From the NCBI GenBank assembly GCA_973895155.1, contig OZ316896.1, forward strand, positions 6,686,166 through 6,750,165: DNA of 64,000 nucleotides. Direction: 5' to 3'. Each line of letters starts with the position of its first letter. Position 1 is the first letter of the stretch. Shown here in pieces: positions 10,818 through 22,757 of this stretch. The position numbers and the translations under genes were made by a program. This DNA comes from Marsupella aquatica (taxonomy: Eukaryota > Plantae > Marchantiophyta). The notes beneath the pieces are model-generated. The model was not told the DNA's origin, did no database searches, and was given only the letters and a program-made list of their open reading frames with translations.

Positions 10818-13209
10818 TCGACACATTTTGGAAAATATCTCGATTGCTTGGCTGATGAAGGATTGGCTTCAATCCACTGGCACTCCAACGCTATTCTTAA
10901 TGCTAGACTTTGAGAAGGCTTTTGATCGCGTGGACCACTCGTATATCTGGGAGACTATGCATCTTTTAGGTCTCAACTCACATTTTCCTTGTCCGGGCGC
11001 TTATCTGTGGGGCTTGCTCAAAGGTCCTGGTTAATGGCCTATGGACTGCTGACATCAACATGTCCCGTGGGGTTCGGCAAGGCTGCCCCCTATCCCCTTT
11101 GCTTTTTGCACTTTCCACGCAACCACTGATCGATTTTTGGCATGGGGAAATTGCTGCTGGCAGACTGCAGGGTATTAAGCTCAACTCCCTATTGACTGTC
11201 TGCCTCAGATTCTTTGCATATGACCTTGGCCTATTTATTCTTGCTACTGAAGAAGCTTTCTACCAGGCTAAAAATGCCATTAAATGCTACGAAGATGCTA
11301 CTGGGGCAAAGTTGAATCTAGAAAAATCTATTATAATCCCAATTGCCCTTGAGGAGATACCTGCCTGGCTGCATGGCACTGGCTGCAACATCAGTGCTCC
11401 TGGAGCAGTTCAACGCTATCTGGGAGCACCTTTTGGCACTGGTCTATCGGATACTCAACTACACAATTTTTGGCTTGACCGCATCGGATCTCGCTTGGCC
11501 TCTTGGTCGACACGTCTTCTTTCTTTCACTGGTCGGGTATTGTTGGTTAAGCATGTGCTTCAAGCTATCCCGGTGTATCATATGATGTTTCTAAGGTCTC
11601 CTCTGGCATTAACAAAGAAACTGTTGGTACTGAATCGTGTCTTTCTGTGGGGTTCTAATCCGCTTTGACTATGAATCTCGGGCTCACCAGGTGGCACAAC
11701 TACAAATCGGTCCGAAGATATTCATACTCGATGACTGATAAACTTCTACTTTGTTCTCCTCGGTCCTTTGGAAAGCTCACCTACACAAGTCAACTTTGGA
11801 AGACCTGGGTTTCTATACGGGAAAACTTGATCTTCTGCCTGGGTGCTAGCTTCATCCCTGGACGTTGGGGAATTGCTGACACTCTTAGGTGCATGCTAGG
11901 ATTTTCGGACCTGTCTAACCAACTTCTATCTGAGACTATCAAGACTCTCGGAAGATTGGGGATGAGACAGATCGATGACTTTTGGTCTGAGGCCGGCGCA
12001 AACTGGATTCCGCTGTGTGATAGAATTGATAGTCTTCGGGGCCTTTCACAGGCAGGTTGCCTGACTTGTCTCTCTTTCATTGATGCCATCCAGCATTCCA
12101 TGTTCTTGGGATGCACTGTTGAAACCCGGGCTGCCCAATGGAGATGGATGGACCTAAACCGGCCGATGAAACACTTCAGGCTTCCCAATTTCCGGGTGTA
12201 TGAGATGATTCGTTGGCATTGCTCCGATTTTGAAAGACTGAATCGTATATGGGGCAAAACTTGTTCTGAAGATGAATGGAGTAGCCTATGGCGTCTCTTG
12301 TGGACATCAGACCTTCAACTCGAGCTAAGGTATTCCTATGGAGAATACTGGCCCAAGGTCTCTACTCTGGTTCTAGGGCCCGGAGAATTGGAAAATCCAC
12401 TGGTTGTTGCACTCTCTGCATTGGTATTCTAGAAACCATTCCACATATTTTCTCTCAGTGCAGACATGCGGCGAAATGTTGGCCCCTTGTGCATGAATGG
12501 ATGAATGGCCTGCTCTGCGACAGGGAGTTGGATCTAGTGGGACTGCTAATGGGCTCCAGAAGGAGAACCCAACTTTCTACTCTTAGATTCTTTGTGCTTT
12601 ATCAGGTGCTATGGAATATCTGGCTGGCGCGCAACATTCAGACTTTTGATTTGACACGAAAACGATGCTTCAATCAAGTTCTTGTCATCTCCGAGACGCT
12701 CAACCATCTCACTGCAGTTGCAGCTGCTGCGGGCCACTCTCAAAGACTACTTCGACTCTCTGGTGCCAAGGAACTCTTGACAATTGAACGTAATCGAATT
12801 TTGAGGAGTAGGATTATCTGTATTGAGTCAATTTGTAGTGCTGGGCGGACTTAGATTTGGAGGCCCGCATCTAGTCTTTCTTTGCTTTGATCTGTTGGTA
12901 TTAAGTTTAGTCTGAGCCTTCCTCTCGCAAGGTCTCTACGAGTCCTTTTCATGGCGATTCGCTCTGCGCCGTCGTCTGGCTTAGTGTTGATCCTATGGAT
13001 GCTTGTCATGCTGACTTTCTTCGGTCTGGTGACTCTCTGATGGTATTTTCATCCGTGACTGTGGGCTCTCCTTGGCTCTTATGGATTCCCCTATGTCTAG
13101 CTTTCTTCCCTTTATGGGGTTCTTTTGCCTCTGGGCTTGCGGGGTCCCCCCATCCATGGGGTTCACGCGGAATAAATGGTTATTTATTTTTTTTTAAAAA
13201 AATTTTAAA
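10818..13209 (+). mobile_element. 5'-truncated L1-clade LINE (RT plus zf-RVT), with an internal deletion near 11665
   Basis: LDFEKAFDRV, GVRQGCPLSPLLF, KVFLWR...C..C...ETIPHIF..C. TSD AATACATCA[C/T]CGTCCA at 10802-10817 and 13210-13225. A/T-rich tail. Confidence 0.93.
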
Positions 13210-14231
13210 AATACATCATCGTCCACACAAACCCAGACCCGAGAAACGGCCCCAATAGACAATGCGGTGACCATGGCGGCCCCAACACCTGTTTTGACTG
13301 CGGTCGCGCTACCCCTACCAGATAGGGAGGATGGGGAGATGTCCCCTTCTATGAGCCATCTTGGAACAACTCTCGGGGACAGAAGAGGAAGGAATCGGCT
13401 GCAGTATCCGGTCTACCCGTGGCCGCCGTAGTCGTGGCCAAATTGACCATGCATTGCATGGGGGAGAATGTTCACAAGAACATCCTCCATCCAAAGCATG
13501 CAGCGTATCTGAAGACCCAAGGGTTCAAACATCTCGCCGCCCTCCCTTGAAATACTTGCAGGTACTACGGTCAAGACATGACAGAGTTCATCTAGAACTT
13601 TGACGAGGCCCGACAACAGACCCATACGCATGGATGGGTAATGTCCTTGAATGAGGAGCGGCTTACGCTCATTTTTGGCCTACCCGAGGGGCAGAACCGG
13701 GTGGAATCACGGGCCCCAGGGGGCAAGGGAGAAAAGTATTGATCCTCAAGCTTCCCACCCAAGGGTTTGGTGGACAATGGCTTCCTGATGAGGACGTGCC
13801 TCATACCAAAGATTGCAAAGCGACTGGAATTCCAGCGGTACGCCCTCCACATGATGGAGCCGCGGGGCAAGATATCCGCCGCCCAAGTCATCCAGGTCAA
13901 GAACTACCGGCCTAGAAAGTGGGCCTCCTTTGTCAAGAAGTTCCACGAGGAGATGGAGCGCCAAAGGAAGACCCTGTACCTCAAAGGGGAGACGTACCTC
14001 GCAAGCCACATCAAGATATCATCAAGTGGTACGCTCGCTTTGATCGCCGAACCCTTCCGCAGATCAATGAGCCCAAGCTCATACCATCCTGGTGGATCTT
14101 TCCGGTGCTAGAACGACGGCCGTAGCCCGAGTCCCGGGCCCCAACACCAGTAGCGCCCACCCCGGCCCCACCATAGGCCATTGAGGCACCTTTGTTGGTG
14201 CCAGACTCAGCGGTGATTGCAACCCTGGAGA

Positions 14232-14575
14232 TGTTGAGCATAGACAACAATTGCAATGGCAAGCCCATGAACCATCCAACGCACAATAGTTGACATAGAG
14301 AGATACGTGGTTCACCTCCATATGAGGCTACGTCCACAGGAACACACATGAGCTTTACTGCACTCAAGGCCGACCGGCCATACCAAGCATCCACAGTGCA
14401 AGCTCTCTCTATCTCTCAACTAGCTCCGTAACAATGAGGCCAAGTTCCTACTCTCCAAGCAAACACCACTTGGATTAGAGTGTGCATATCATGACTAACC
14501 TAACCAAGTCTGCGACTAAGGTTAGCCTTAACTATGGTACAATCGTAACTCTAGACCTAAGAGTAAATCCTAACA
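14232..14575 (-). repeat. copia 3' LTR (344 bp)
   Basis: tgttgagc...cctaaca followed by atctcccccttg (PPT on the minus strand). Confidence 0.93.
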
Positions 14576-15356
14576 ATCTCCCCCTTGACTTTGGTCTAGG
14601 GGAGGGTGAAGACTGCTACCAATATGATTGCTCAGCGGGAAGTTCTGGAAAGAAAAACCAAACTGGGTTTTCCCTCTTTATATGAGAGTAGACCAAAACT
14701 AAGCCGTAGCCTATACAAGAAATAAGCAAGAGCATATCTTAGTGTCTACACAAATGTTAAGTAACCCTACTTGTGAGGCAATTGCAAAATCTGCAATGCA
14801 TCACAGTGCCTAGAAAAACACTCCATTTGAAGGAATCACTTTGGTAAAAGCATCAGCCGGGTTGAGTTTACCGTCAATCTTGACTAGCTCAAACATATTA
14901 TCAGACACAGCCTACCTGATAAAATGGTACCTGACGTCAATGTGCTTCACTCTACTGTCCATCACTTGGTTCACAACAAGGTGGAGTGCATTCTCACTAT
15001 CACAATGGAGCTTCACATTCCCCCACTAGTACATATTAAGCTGATTTCTGATGCTCAATTTTTGCGAACAATCGGCGTCCGATTTTTTTAGCATCGGAAA
15101 TTCCGATTATCAAAAAATGGCAATATGCCATACTCTCGGCTTCGGATATCTTCATTTCCGATATAATTGACAATGGAACCTTTCCGATGCGTTAAAAAAC
15201 GGATCATATCCGTTAGAAAACACATCGGATCCCTCAACAGAAACTTTGATTGATATGTCCGATGTTTTTTGTAACGAAAATGATGTGCGTTACAATATTG
15301 ATCGGAAACTTTCCGTAGTTAATAATAACGGATATTATATCCGATTGTGCTAACAT

Positions 15357-15534
15357 GGCAAAGTCCGATGTTGGGAGAATGGGAAAGTCCGATGCTGGGA
15401 GTATGGGAAAGTCCGATGCTAGAAGAATGGGAAAGTCCGATGCTGGAAGAATGGGAAAGTCCGATGCTAGAAGAATGGGAAAGTCCGATGCTAGAAGAAT
15501 GGGAAAGTCCGATGCTGGGAGTATGGGAAAGTCT
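15357..15534 (+). repeat. 24-bp tandem array (GGGAAAGTCCGATGCTAGAAGAAT, ~7 units), left CACTA subterminus
   Basis: Read directly from the sequence. Confidence 0.95.
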
Positions 15535-16380
15535 GGTTATGACAAAAAGAAATTTTTTGATTGTGTTAGAATGAAAAGTTTTGATGTGTTAGATGGGGTA
15601 TGTGGTTGCACCGACATACTCTTCCCAAAAGATGCAATCATTCTTGCATGCATGAATAACTTCATACTTGAGGCAAATGGACTTGAGTGTTGTTTTTGCC
15701 TCATTCCAAGACCCAACATATTGTTCCCTTACGGAAATATGTGCTCAACATGCCAAGTCCAAAATACATCATCTAGAAGGAGGTTGCTTGTCCCATGTAG
15801 TCTTTGTTGCAAGTCCAACAACAACATAGTTGATAAAAGATGAGACAATCAGGAGCCATTGACGCTGAGGCTTTGGAAGGACCAAAATATCATCCATAAC
15901 TAATAAGCCATAATTATCCCATATCAAATCTAATGAAGGAGGGCTTTACTATCGATGAATGACCCCTGCCAGATTTCTATTGGTTTCTCCTAGGGGAATG
16001 TAATAGGGTAACTAGAATAGGTCACTTGATGCAAAGATCTAATCTCATGATAGAGAAAAATGGATCAAGAATGGGTCCAAATTATGGGTCTTAGTAAACT
16101 CACAAGTGTATAAAATCCCCAAACACTCTAAGTCAAACAACAAAAGTGCTAAGCTTGCATGTACAATGTAAGGAATAAGAACCACAAAGTTAAGCTCATG
16201 TTGGAGGAATAGCAATTGGGATGGGTGACCAATTAGTTGAGAAAATTTGAAGAGTTCACATGTCAAGGGAGGTGGGCACCTAGCTCATAGTTCCAAATGA
16301 AAGTAGAAACCCAATTAAAGGAAGAGATGGGTGACCTGAGCATGTCGCGTCCGCTGAAATGCATATCCCATTTTGATTGC

Positions 16381-16610
16381 TTCGGACTTTCCCATTCTCC
16401 TAGCATCGGACTTTCCCATTCTCTCACTATCGGACTTTCCCATTCTCCTAGCATCGGACTTTCCCATTCTCTCACTATCGGACTTTCCCATTCTCCTAGC
16501 ATCGGACTTTCCCATTCTCTCACCATCGGACTTTCCCATTCTCCTAGCATCGGACTTTCCCATTCTCCCACCATCGGACTGTCCCATTCTCCCACCATCG
16601 GACTTTCCGA
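16381..16610 (-). repeat. inverted 24-bp tandem array (~9-10 units), right CACTA subterminus
   Basis: cggactttcccattctcctagcat alternating with ...ctcactat; reverse complement of the left array. Confidence 0.95.
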
Positions 16611-18993
16611 TAGAAGTCCGATTGTCGATATCCGATACTATTAAAATGGCATGTTGCGATGCTAGTAGTATCGGATATATGGTTTTTCAAATTTTATTTT
16701 ACAAAGGCGTCCGATGTGGAGAGAATCGGAAAAAGGAGGTAAAATGTACTAGTGCCCTTTGGCAATCCCATCTCAATGATCAGTCTATCCAACCAAATCG
16801 TTACCTTTGCTGCTTTCACTACTGCAACATACTTTGCTTCTGTAGTAGACTGAGCAATACACTTCTGCAAAGTAGGCCTCCAACTTATGCATCCACTGCC
16901 AAGTGTGAACACATAACCTGTTGTTGACCTCCTCCAATCCAGATCCTGTGCATAGTTAGCATCTACATAGCCCATCAATGATCTAGCATTATCAGCATGT
17001 GCATCAAACAATAGACCATGATCCACGGTACCCTTCAAGTATCAAATAATCCACTTCACTGCTTCCCAGTATACCTTCCCTGGATTTGACATGTACTTGC
17101 TCACCTTGCCCATAGCCATGGCAAGATCAGGTCTAGTGCAAGTCATCAAATACATGAGACTCCCCACTGCTTTGCATAAGGAACCTTTGACATCAGCCTC
17201 TTCTCTATCTCATCCGTAGGACAAAAAGTTGATGATAACTTGAATTGTGGAGCCAACGGGGTACTTACTGGCTTGCTATCCCCCATGTTGAACCTTGCAA
17301 TTACCTTCCTTGCATAACTGCTCTGCGTCAACCATAGCTTGCCAGCCTCCAAGTCCCTAGTGATCTCCATACCCAAAATTTTCTTAGTTGGCCCGAAGTC
17401 CTTCATCTTAAACTCTGCACTTAGCAGTGCCTTGAGCTTAACAATCTCAGACCTATCCTTGGCCCAAAGACAATATTCTTCACCGGTTTAAGATACACAC
17501 AAGGATCAAACACACTCCTGTGAAAACCTTGTGCATGAATCCAATCATCATACCGCTTATTCCACTATCTTAGTGACTGCTTCAACTCATACGAGGATCT
17601 CAACAATCTGCAAACCAAATCCTCTTGCCCTTTCTTCACAAAACCTAGCGGCTGTCTCATGAAGATCATCTCTTCCAAGGTGCCATAGAGGAAAGTTGTG
17701 ACAACATCCATTTGATCTAGCAGTAGACCAAACATAACAACAAGCACACACAATAGCCGTATTGTTGAATACTTAGCATTTGGTGAGAAGACCTCATTGT
17801 AATCCACACCTTTTCCTTGTGTGAATCCCTTGGCTACCAACATAGCCTTGTAGACCTTTGATCCATCTACCGTGGACTGATCCTTTAGCTTGTATATCCA
17901 CTTGCTGTCCACCACTTGCTGTCCCTCAGGCAACTTGACAAGCTCCCAAATTTTGTTGTTCTTTAGTGGCTGCATCTCTGTTTGCATTGTTGTAGTCCAC
18001 TCCTGCTTCTCCTTAGAAGCACTTGCCTCATGAAATGAAGAAGATTCCCCTTCTTCCAAAATCAACGCATCACCGTCATCATTAATAACAAAATCCTCCT
18101 TTTGCAACTGAGATGAATCAACCCACTATCCATACCTAGGTGGAGCGCGTACAGTGCAACTAGATGTTCTTCTAGCCGATGACCCCAGTTGATTTACGTG
18201 TGCTGGTATAATCTGAAGCTCATTAGCATCACCTTGCTGCTCATCAACATCAACAAACTTCTCTGGTTCCTCTGGCATACCAACCAACTCCATAATTGGA
18301 GCAACTCCTTCTCTCTAGTCATGCACCTCATGACCAATCTCCCCCTCAACGAGATCCGGGATGAGAGATTTTCCATTGTTAGTATGGGAGACCTGAGTAT
18401 TCTCCCCCTCCTTCAATAATCTGGATTCATTGAAGGAAACATCCCTACTGACAACGAGCTTACAGACATTAGGATCCCATAGCCTATAGGCCTTCACACC
18501 ACTCTGGTACCCAAGAAAAACATATTTCTTGGAGGTAGAATCCAACTTGGTCCTGTTCTGCTTTGGTATGAGAGCATATGCATCACTTTCAAAAACTACC
18601 AAGCCATGATAGTCTGCTTGCCGTTTATAGGGCATCTCAAACGGCGTTTTGAAATTGATAGCACTAGAAGGAAAAATATTTACCAAATAAGTTGTGGTAT
18701 TGACAGCTTTGGCCCAAAATTCTTGTGGTGAACCTGATTGGCTCAACATACTCCATGACCGCTCCAATAGTGTCTGATTGAGCCTCTTAGCGACACAATT
18801 TTGTTGCGGAGTATAAACTATGGTGAGATGGCAAGTTATTCCCTATTCTGAATACTATTCTTCAAATTCCACTGAAGTGTACTCCCCGCCGTTGTCTGAC
18901 CTTAGACTCTTCACCCTTGTATCTAAACACTTGACCGTGTTTCCAGTCCGATTCTCCACCTGGGCCTCCACTTCTTAAAAATGGACAAGACAT

Positions 18994-19661
18994 TTATTTT
19001 TAAAAAAATTTCAAAAAAAAAATTTCAAAAAAAAAATGCCCCCCACGGGGGGAGGACAACCAGGGGGCAAAGGCCGCCCAGGAAGAAAACAAGCCGGGGC
19101 CAACGGCGACAGAAGGCCAAAACCACCAAACAAAACAAGGCCTAGTCAGGCCAGGGAACCCGGAGAAACCACCCGCAGGTGTCTTGCTCCACATGCCTGT
19201 TGTATGTGTCTCTAATACGGCTCTCCTTATAATTCATCCAGCCATGTAGAGAAGTTGCATTGCTACCAGTATAACCTATACCATGAGTCTTAAGCTTCCT
19301 CTGAACAGTCCTAATTTCTTTGCCAATGGCAAGTATCTCAAAATCCCTCTCTTTAAAACTATTAATATGTCTCCTCCTCATCCTCAGAACTGGGGGTAAG
19401 TGGAAGAGGAGTCTCGTTGTGTTCCCAAGGTCTCAGCACCGTCTGCAGTTGTTCAAGAGCGGTTTGGAGTTGTTTTTGTTTCTTTGGAGTAAAACATCTA
19501 TCCATCATAGCTTTCATGTGTGCTTCAGTGTAGCGGATTTTCACCCAACCTGGGAGGCGGCCAAGAAACTGAGAATAGGTAGCAACGTTGCGCTCACGCC
19601 AAATACTATTGCATAGTTCCATCAAGAGTACCACTAATCCTGGTTTCTTCTTTTGGTGATG
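18994..19661 (-). mobile_element. short 5'-truncated LINE 3' end inserted in the copia integrase
   Basis: 14-bp TSD AATGGACAAGACAT at 18980-18993 and 19662-19675. LINE C-terminal peptide (SIWRERN). T/A-rich tail at 18994-19036. Confidence 0.88.
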
Positions 19662-22507
19662 AATGGACAAGACATAAGACTTATGCGTCATGAAATAAAT
19701 CCACAAAAATCTTGAGTAATCGTCAATAAATGATACATAATACAACTTTCCAGAGTGTGAAAAGGTCGGGGATGGACCCCACATGTCACTATATATGTAC
19801 TCAACAACCGCCTTGGAACGATGAGTTTCAACACCAAAAGCACAATGATGTTGCTTTCCAAGAATGCAATGCTCAAAGAACTCTAATTTACAAGATTGCA
19901 AATAAGAAATGAGTCCATTCTTCCATAAGATAGCCAAACCCTTTTCACTCATGTGGCCTAGCCGTGAATGCCACAGTTGAGTCATTTCCTCATGAGACTT
20001 GGTTATATTGGCCTCTCCACATACAGTATTGCCTTGCAAGACATACAAATTCTTCTATATGTTCTCCTTCAAAATCACTGTCTCTCCAGACTTGACTTGA
20101 AGTTCTCCATCAATAACGCTCCATTGATGACCATTTGAATCCAACACACCGAGTGAAATCAAATCCTTATGCATGTCAGGTACATACCTGACTCTGAACA
20201 TTGTGCGCACAGCGCCATCAAACATTTGAATCTTCACAGACCCAATACCCTCAATTTGACAGGAGTGATCATTTCTCATCAAAACTGAATCGTTTGAAAT
20301 AGAGTAAGAACTGAAAAACTCACAAATGTAATAAATGTGAAAAGAGCAAGCACAATCAAGAATCCACACATCATCTACTCTCCTAGATGACATGCATAGG
20401 GCATACCCCTGGCTTCATAATACATATTCATCATTGAGTAAATTAGCATCTCCATCAGCCCTAGCCACATTTGCCGATGAAGATTCAGTTGCCTTTCCCT
20501 TACAATCTCGCTTGAAGTATCCAACCTTGTTGCACTTCCAACATGTCACCTGCCTCCTCTCAGGGGATTTGCCCCTAGCTAGACTTAGATCTGGATTTAG
20601 ATCTAATCTGGGTTCTACGGTCCCCAGTAGGTTGCTGCATACTCCTCCCACGGTTAATATTGAGGGCAACACCAGATGATGAAGGCTGTGACATGATGTG
20701 CATCTTTTGTTGAAGATCATCACTAAGCAGAGAACTTACCACCTCATTGTATGAAATGGTATCCCTATCACGATGCAACAACACCCTTGATAGGGACTGG
20801 TAAGATGGAGGCAATGAACTGAGAAGCTGCAAAGCCTTCGTCTCATCATTCAAAGTCTCCCCAAGGTTTTCCAAGTCAACGACCATGTCGTTGAAAGCAT
20901 CCACATGGTCCTGTAACTTCGTACCGGTTTCCTTCATCTTGAAACTCATCAATTTGTAGGAAGTGTAGAGCTGATTTGACAACTCCTTGCGGTGATACTT
21001 ACTTTGCAATTCTGCAAACAAGGACATGCAATCCTTATGTGTACCCAATTGCTTGATGATGGGAGGCATGAGATAGAGTGTAACACACCACACTCCCTGC
21101 TCCTGCATGCGGTCCCATTATTTCTCATCAACATCGTCTTCACGAGGGCTCAGCAGTTGGCCCATCTTTGAAGCATAGAGCACTGACTCCCTTCACCTGC
21201 TTCTCCTAGAGCAAGTAGTCAGAGCGCCCATCATACTTTGTCACTTCATCCTTGGGTCCCCCAAGCTTGAACATCCCCATCTTCTTCTTTGGCACTACCA
21301 TGAGCTTTGGTAGTAGAACTACTTCCTCCACCACACGCTGCACCAATGATGGTACCGGTGTCACGTGATCTTCCTCCTGCTCCTCTCTCTCCACCTCAAA
21401 CCATCGCGGTGATCCTCGTGCTTCAAGTTCCATGTCTTTGAATCACTCATATGAAAAAATCACGGAAAAATGATGTTTTTCACAACTTTTCAAAAAACTC
21501 AAAACTAATCACCACCGCGTAGCCCACAAAGGTAGGAGTACAACACTGAAAACCAAAATTGAAATCAAAAAGCGATAGAAAAGTTATTCAAAATTGGTTG
21601 GGGTGGGTAAAACCCAGGGAAACTCCCCCGGTTTGACCACCTCAAGGAATAACCAAAATGCCAAGTACAACCTGTTGTTGGAATTGCAATTTGATTAGTG
21701 CACTGCATTGCTAACTTCAATGGCTACGACCTCGCCAAAAAAGATTGAACCAAAAAAGTTACCATTCGGCATGCAAAATCTTTATCGGACGGCCCAAAAA
21801 TAGCTCTCTATTTTTTGGGAATATTCCTGCACAGTCCGACAAGTCTCATAGGGGGTTGTTCTCACTGTCCAAGCGGTTAAATCCGAGGGTCATCGGACCC
21901 GAGAGAACTAATAGAATGAGTCGGGGAAAAAGGAAAATTTGGGTCCTAAAGGGGTTATTTAGGCCCTTACAAAAAAATACCTAGTATAATGGCCGGGTGT
22001 ATGCAGTCGCGAGACAGGTATAATAGAGGAAAAATAACCCGTTGCTTTGTAGCCGTGTACTGTTCGGGCTGGCGAAGTGCCCCGACAGAAAAAAGTTGCC
22101 AAATTGAACCGGCGCCATCTACACGCTCAAGAGAGGAAAAAACTTTCCGTCACAACTCACTCTCTCCGCGTCAAGTGCCAATCCCGGACCCAAAATGACC
22201 GCCTCGTCGCGATCAAACCGTTGAGTCATAGTACTTCGCGTTTCTTCTTCCGAGTCGGACGTCACAATGAGAAACCCGCTTCAGATGGGAACAAGCTCCA
22301 TAGCCTGTGAAAAAATCTGAACGTCTCCTTCACTCGTCACGACGCAGTCAGTAACCACTCAATAGCAACTCAGTTCTTGAAATGACCAGCTCGCCACAAC
22401 CTCCAACTTGAGCTATAACATGCGACGCCTCCTGCACCGCATGACTCATTCTGTTGAAAAACACGAGCTCTGGTCTCTCCCCCAAAAAACACCGTCGAAC
22501 ACAAATG

Positions 22508-22757
22508 GGCTACGTCCACGGGAACACACATGAGCTTTACTGCACTCAAGGCCGACCGGCCATACCAAGCATCCACAGCGCAAGCTCTCTCTATCTCTCA
22601 ACTAGCTCCGTAACAATGAGCTTGAGTTCCCACTCTCCAAGCAAACACCGCTTGGATTAGAGTGTGCACAACATGACTAACCTAACCAAGTCTGCAACTA
22701 AGGTTAGCCTTAACTATGGTATAATTGTAACTCTAGACCTAAGAGTAAATCCTAACA
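22508..22757 (-). repeat. copia 5' LTR remnant; U5 end, PBS and ~200 bp of leader deleted
   Basis: Matches 14326-14575 and joins directly to leader sequence homologous to ~3100. Confidence 0.88.

Larger units (their letters stand above)
15024..16754 (-). mobile_element. non-autonomous CACTA (En/Spm) element inserted in the copia RNase H
   Basis: TIR CACTAGTACAT...ATGTACTAGTG and 3-bp TSD CCC. Minus-strand transposase remnant (NEAKTTLKSICLKYEVIHACKNDCIF, ~15600-15760). Confidence 0.93.
14232..22757 (-). mobile_element. near full-length Ty1/copia element (same family as 1-3668), degenerate
   Basis: 3' LTR at 14232-14575 with adjacent PPT (rc aagggggagat). RNase H, RT, INT, PR and gag ORF pieces at 16694-21433. 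Truncated 5' LTR ends at 22757. TSD GGAGA/GGATA. Confidence 0.95.

Noticed and set aside
15347-16927. Repetitive ORFs (WESPMLEE..., SDFPILL...) and a CRISPR-like appearance of the 24-bp arrays
   Set aside because: Units are head-to-tail with no unique spacers, lie inside a TIR/TSD-bounded CACTA, and the context is eukaryotic. The ORFs arise from a stop-free 24-bp period.
19362-20048. Apparent integrase fusion protein with a novel C-terminus
   Set aside because: Chance in-frame read-through from the copia integrase into a TSD-flanked LINE fragment.
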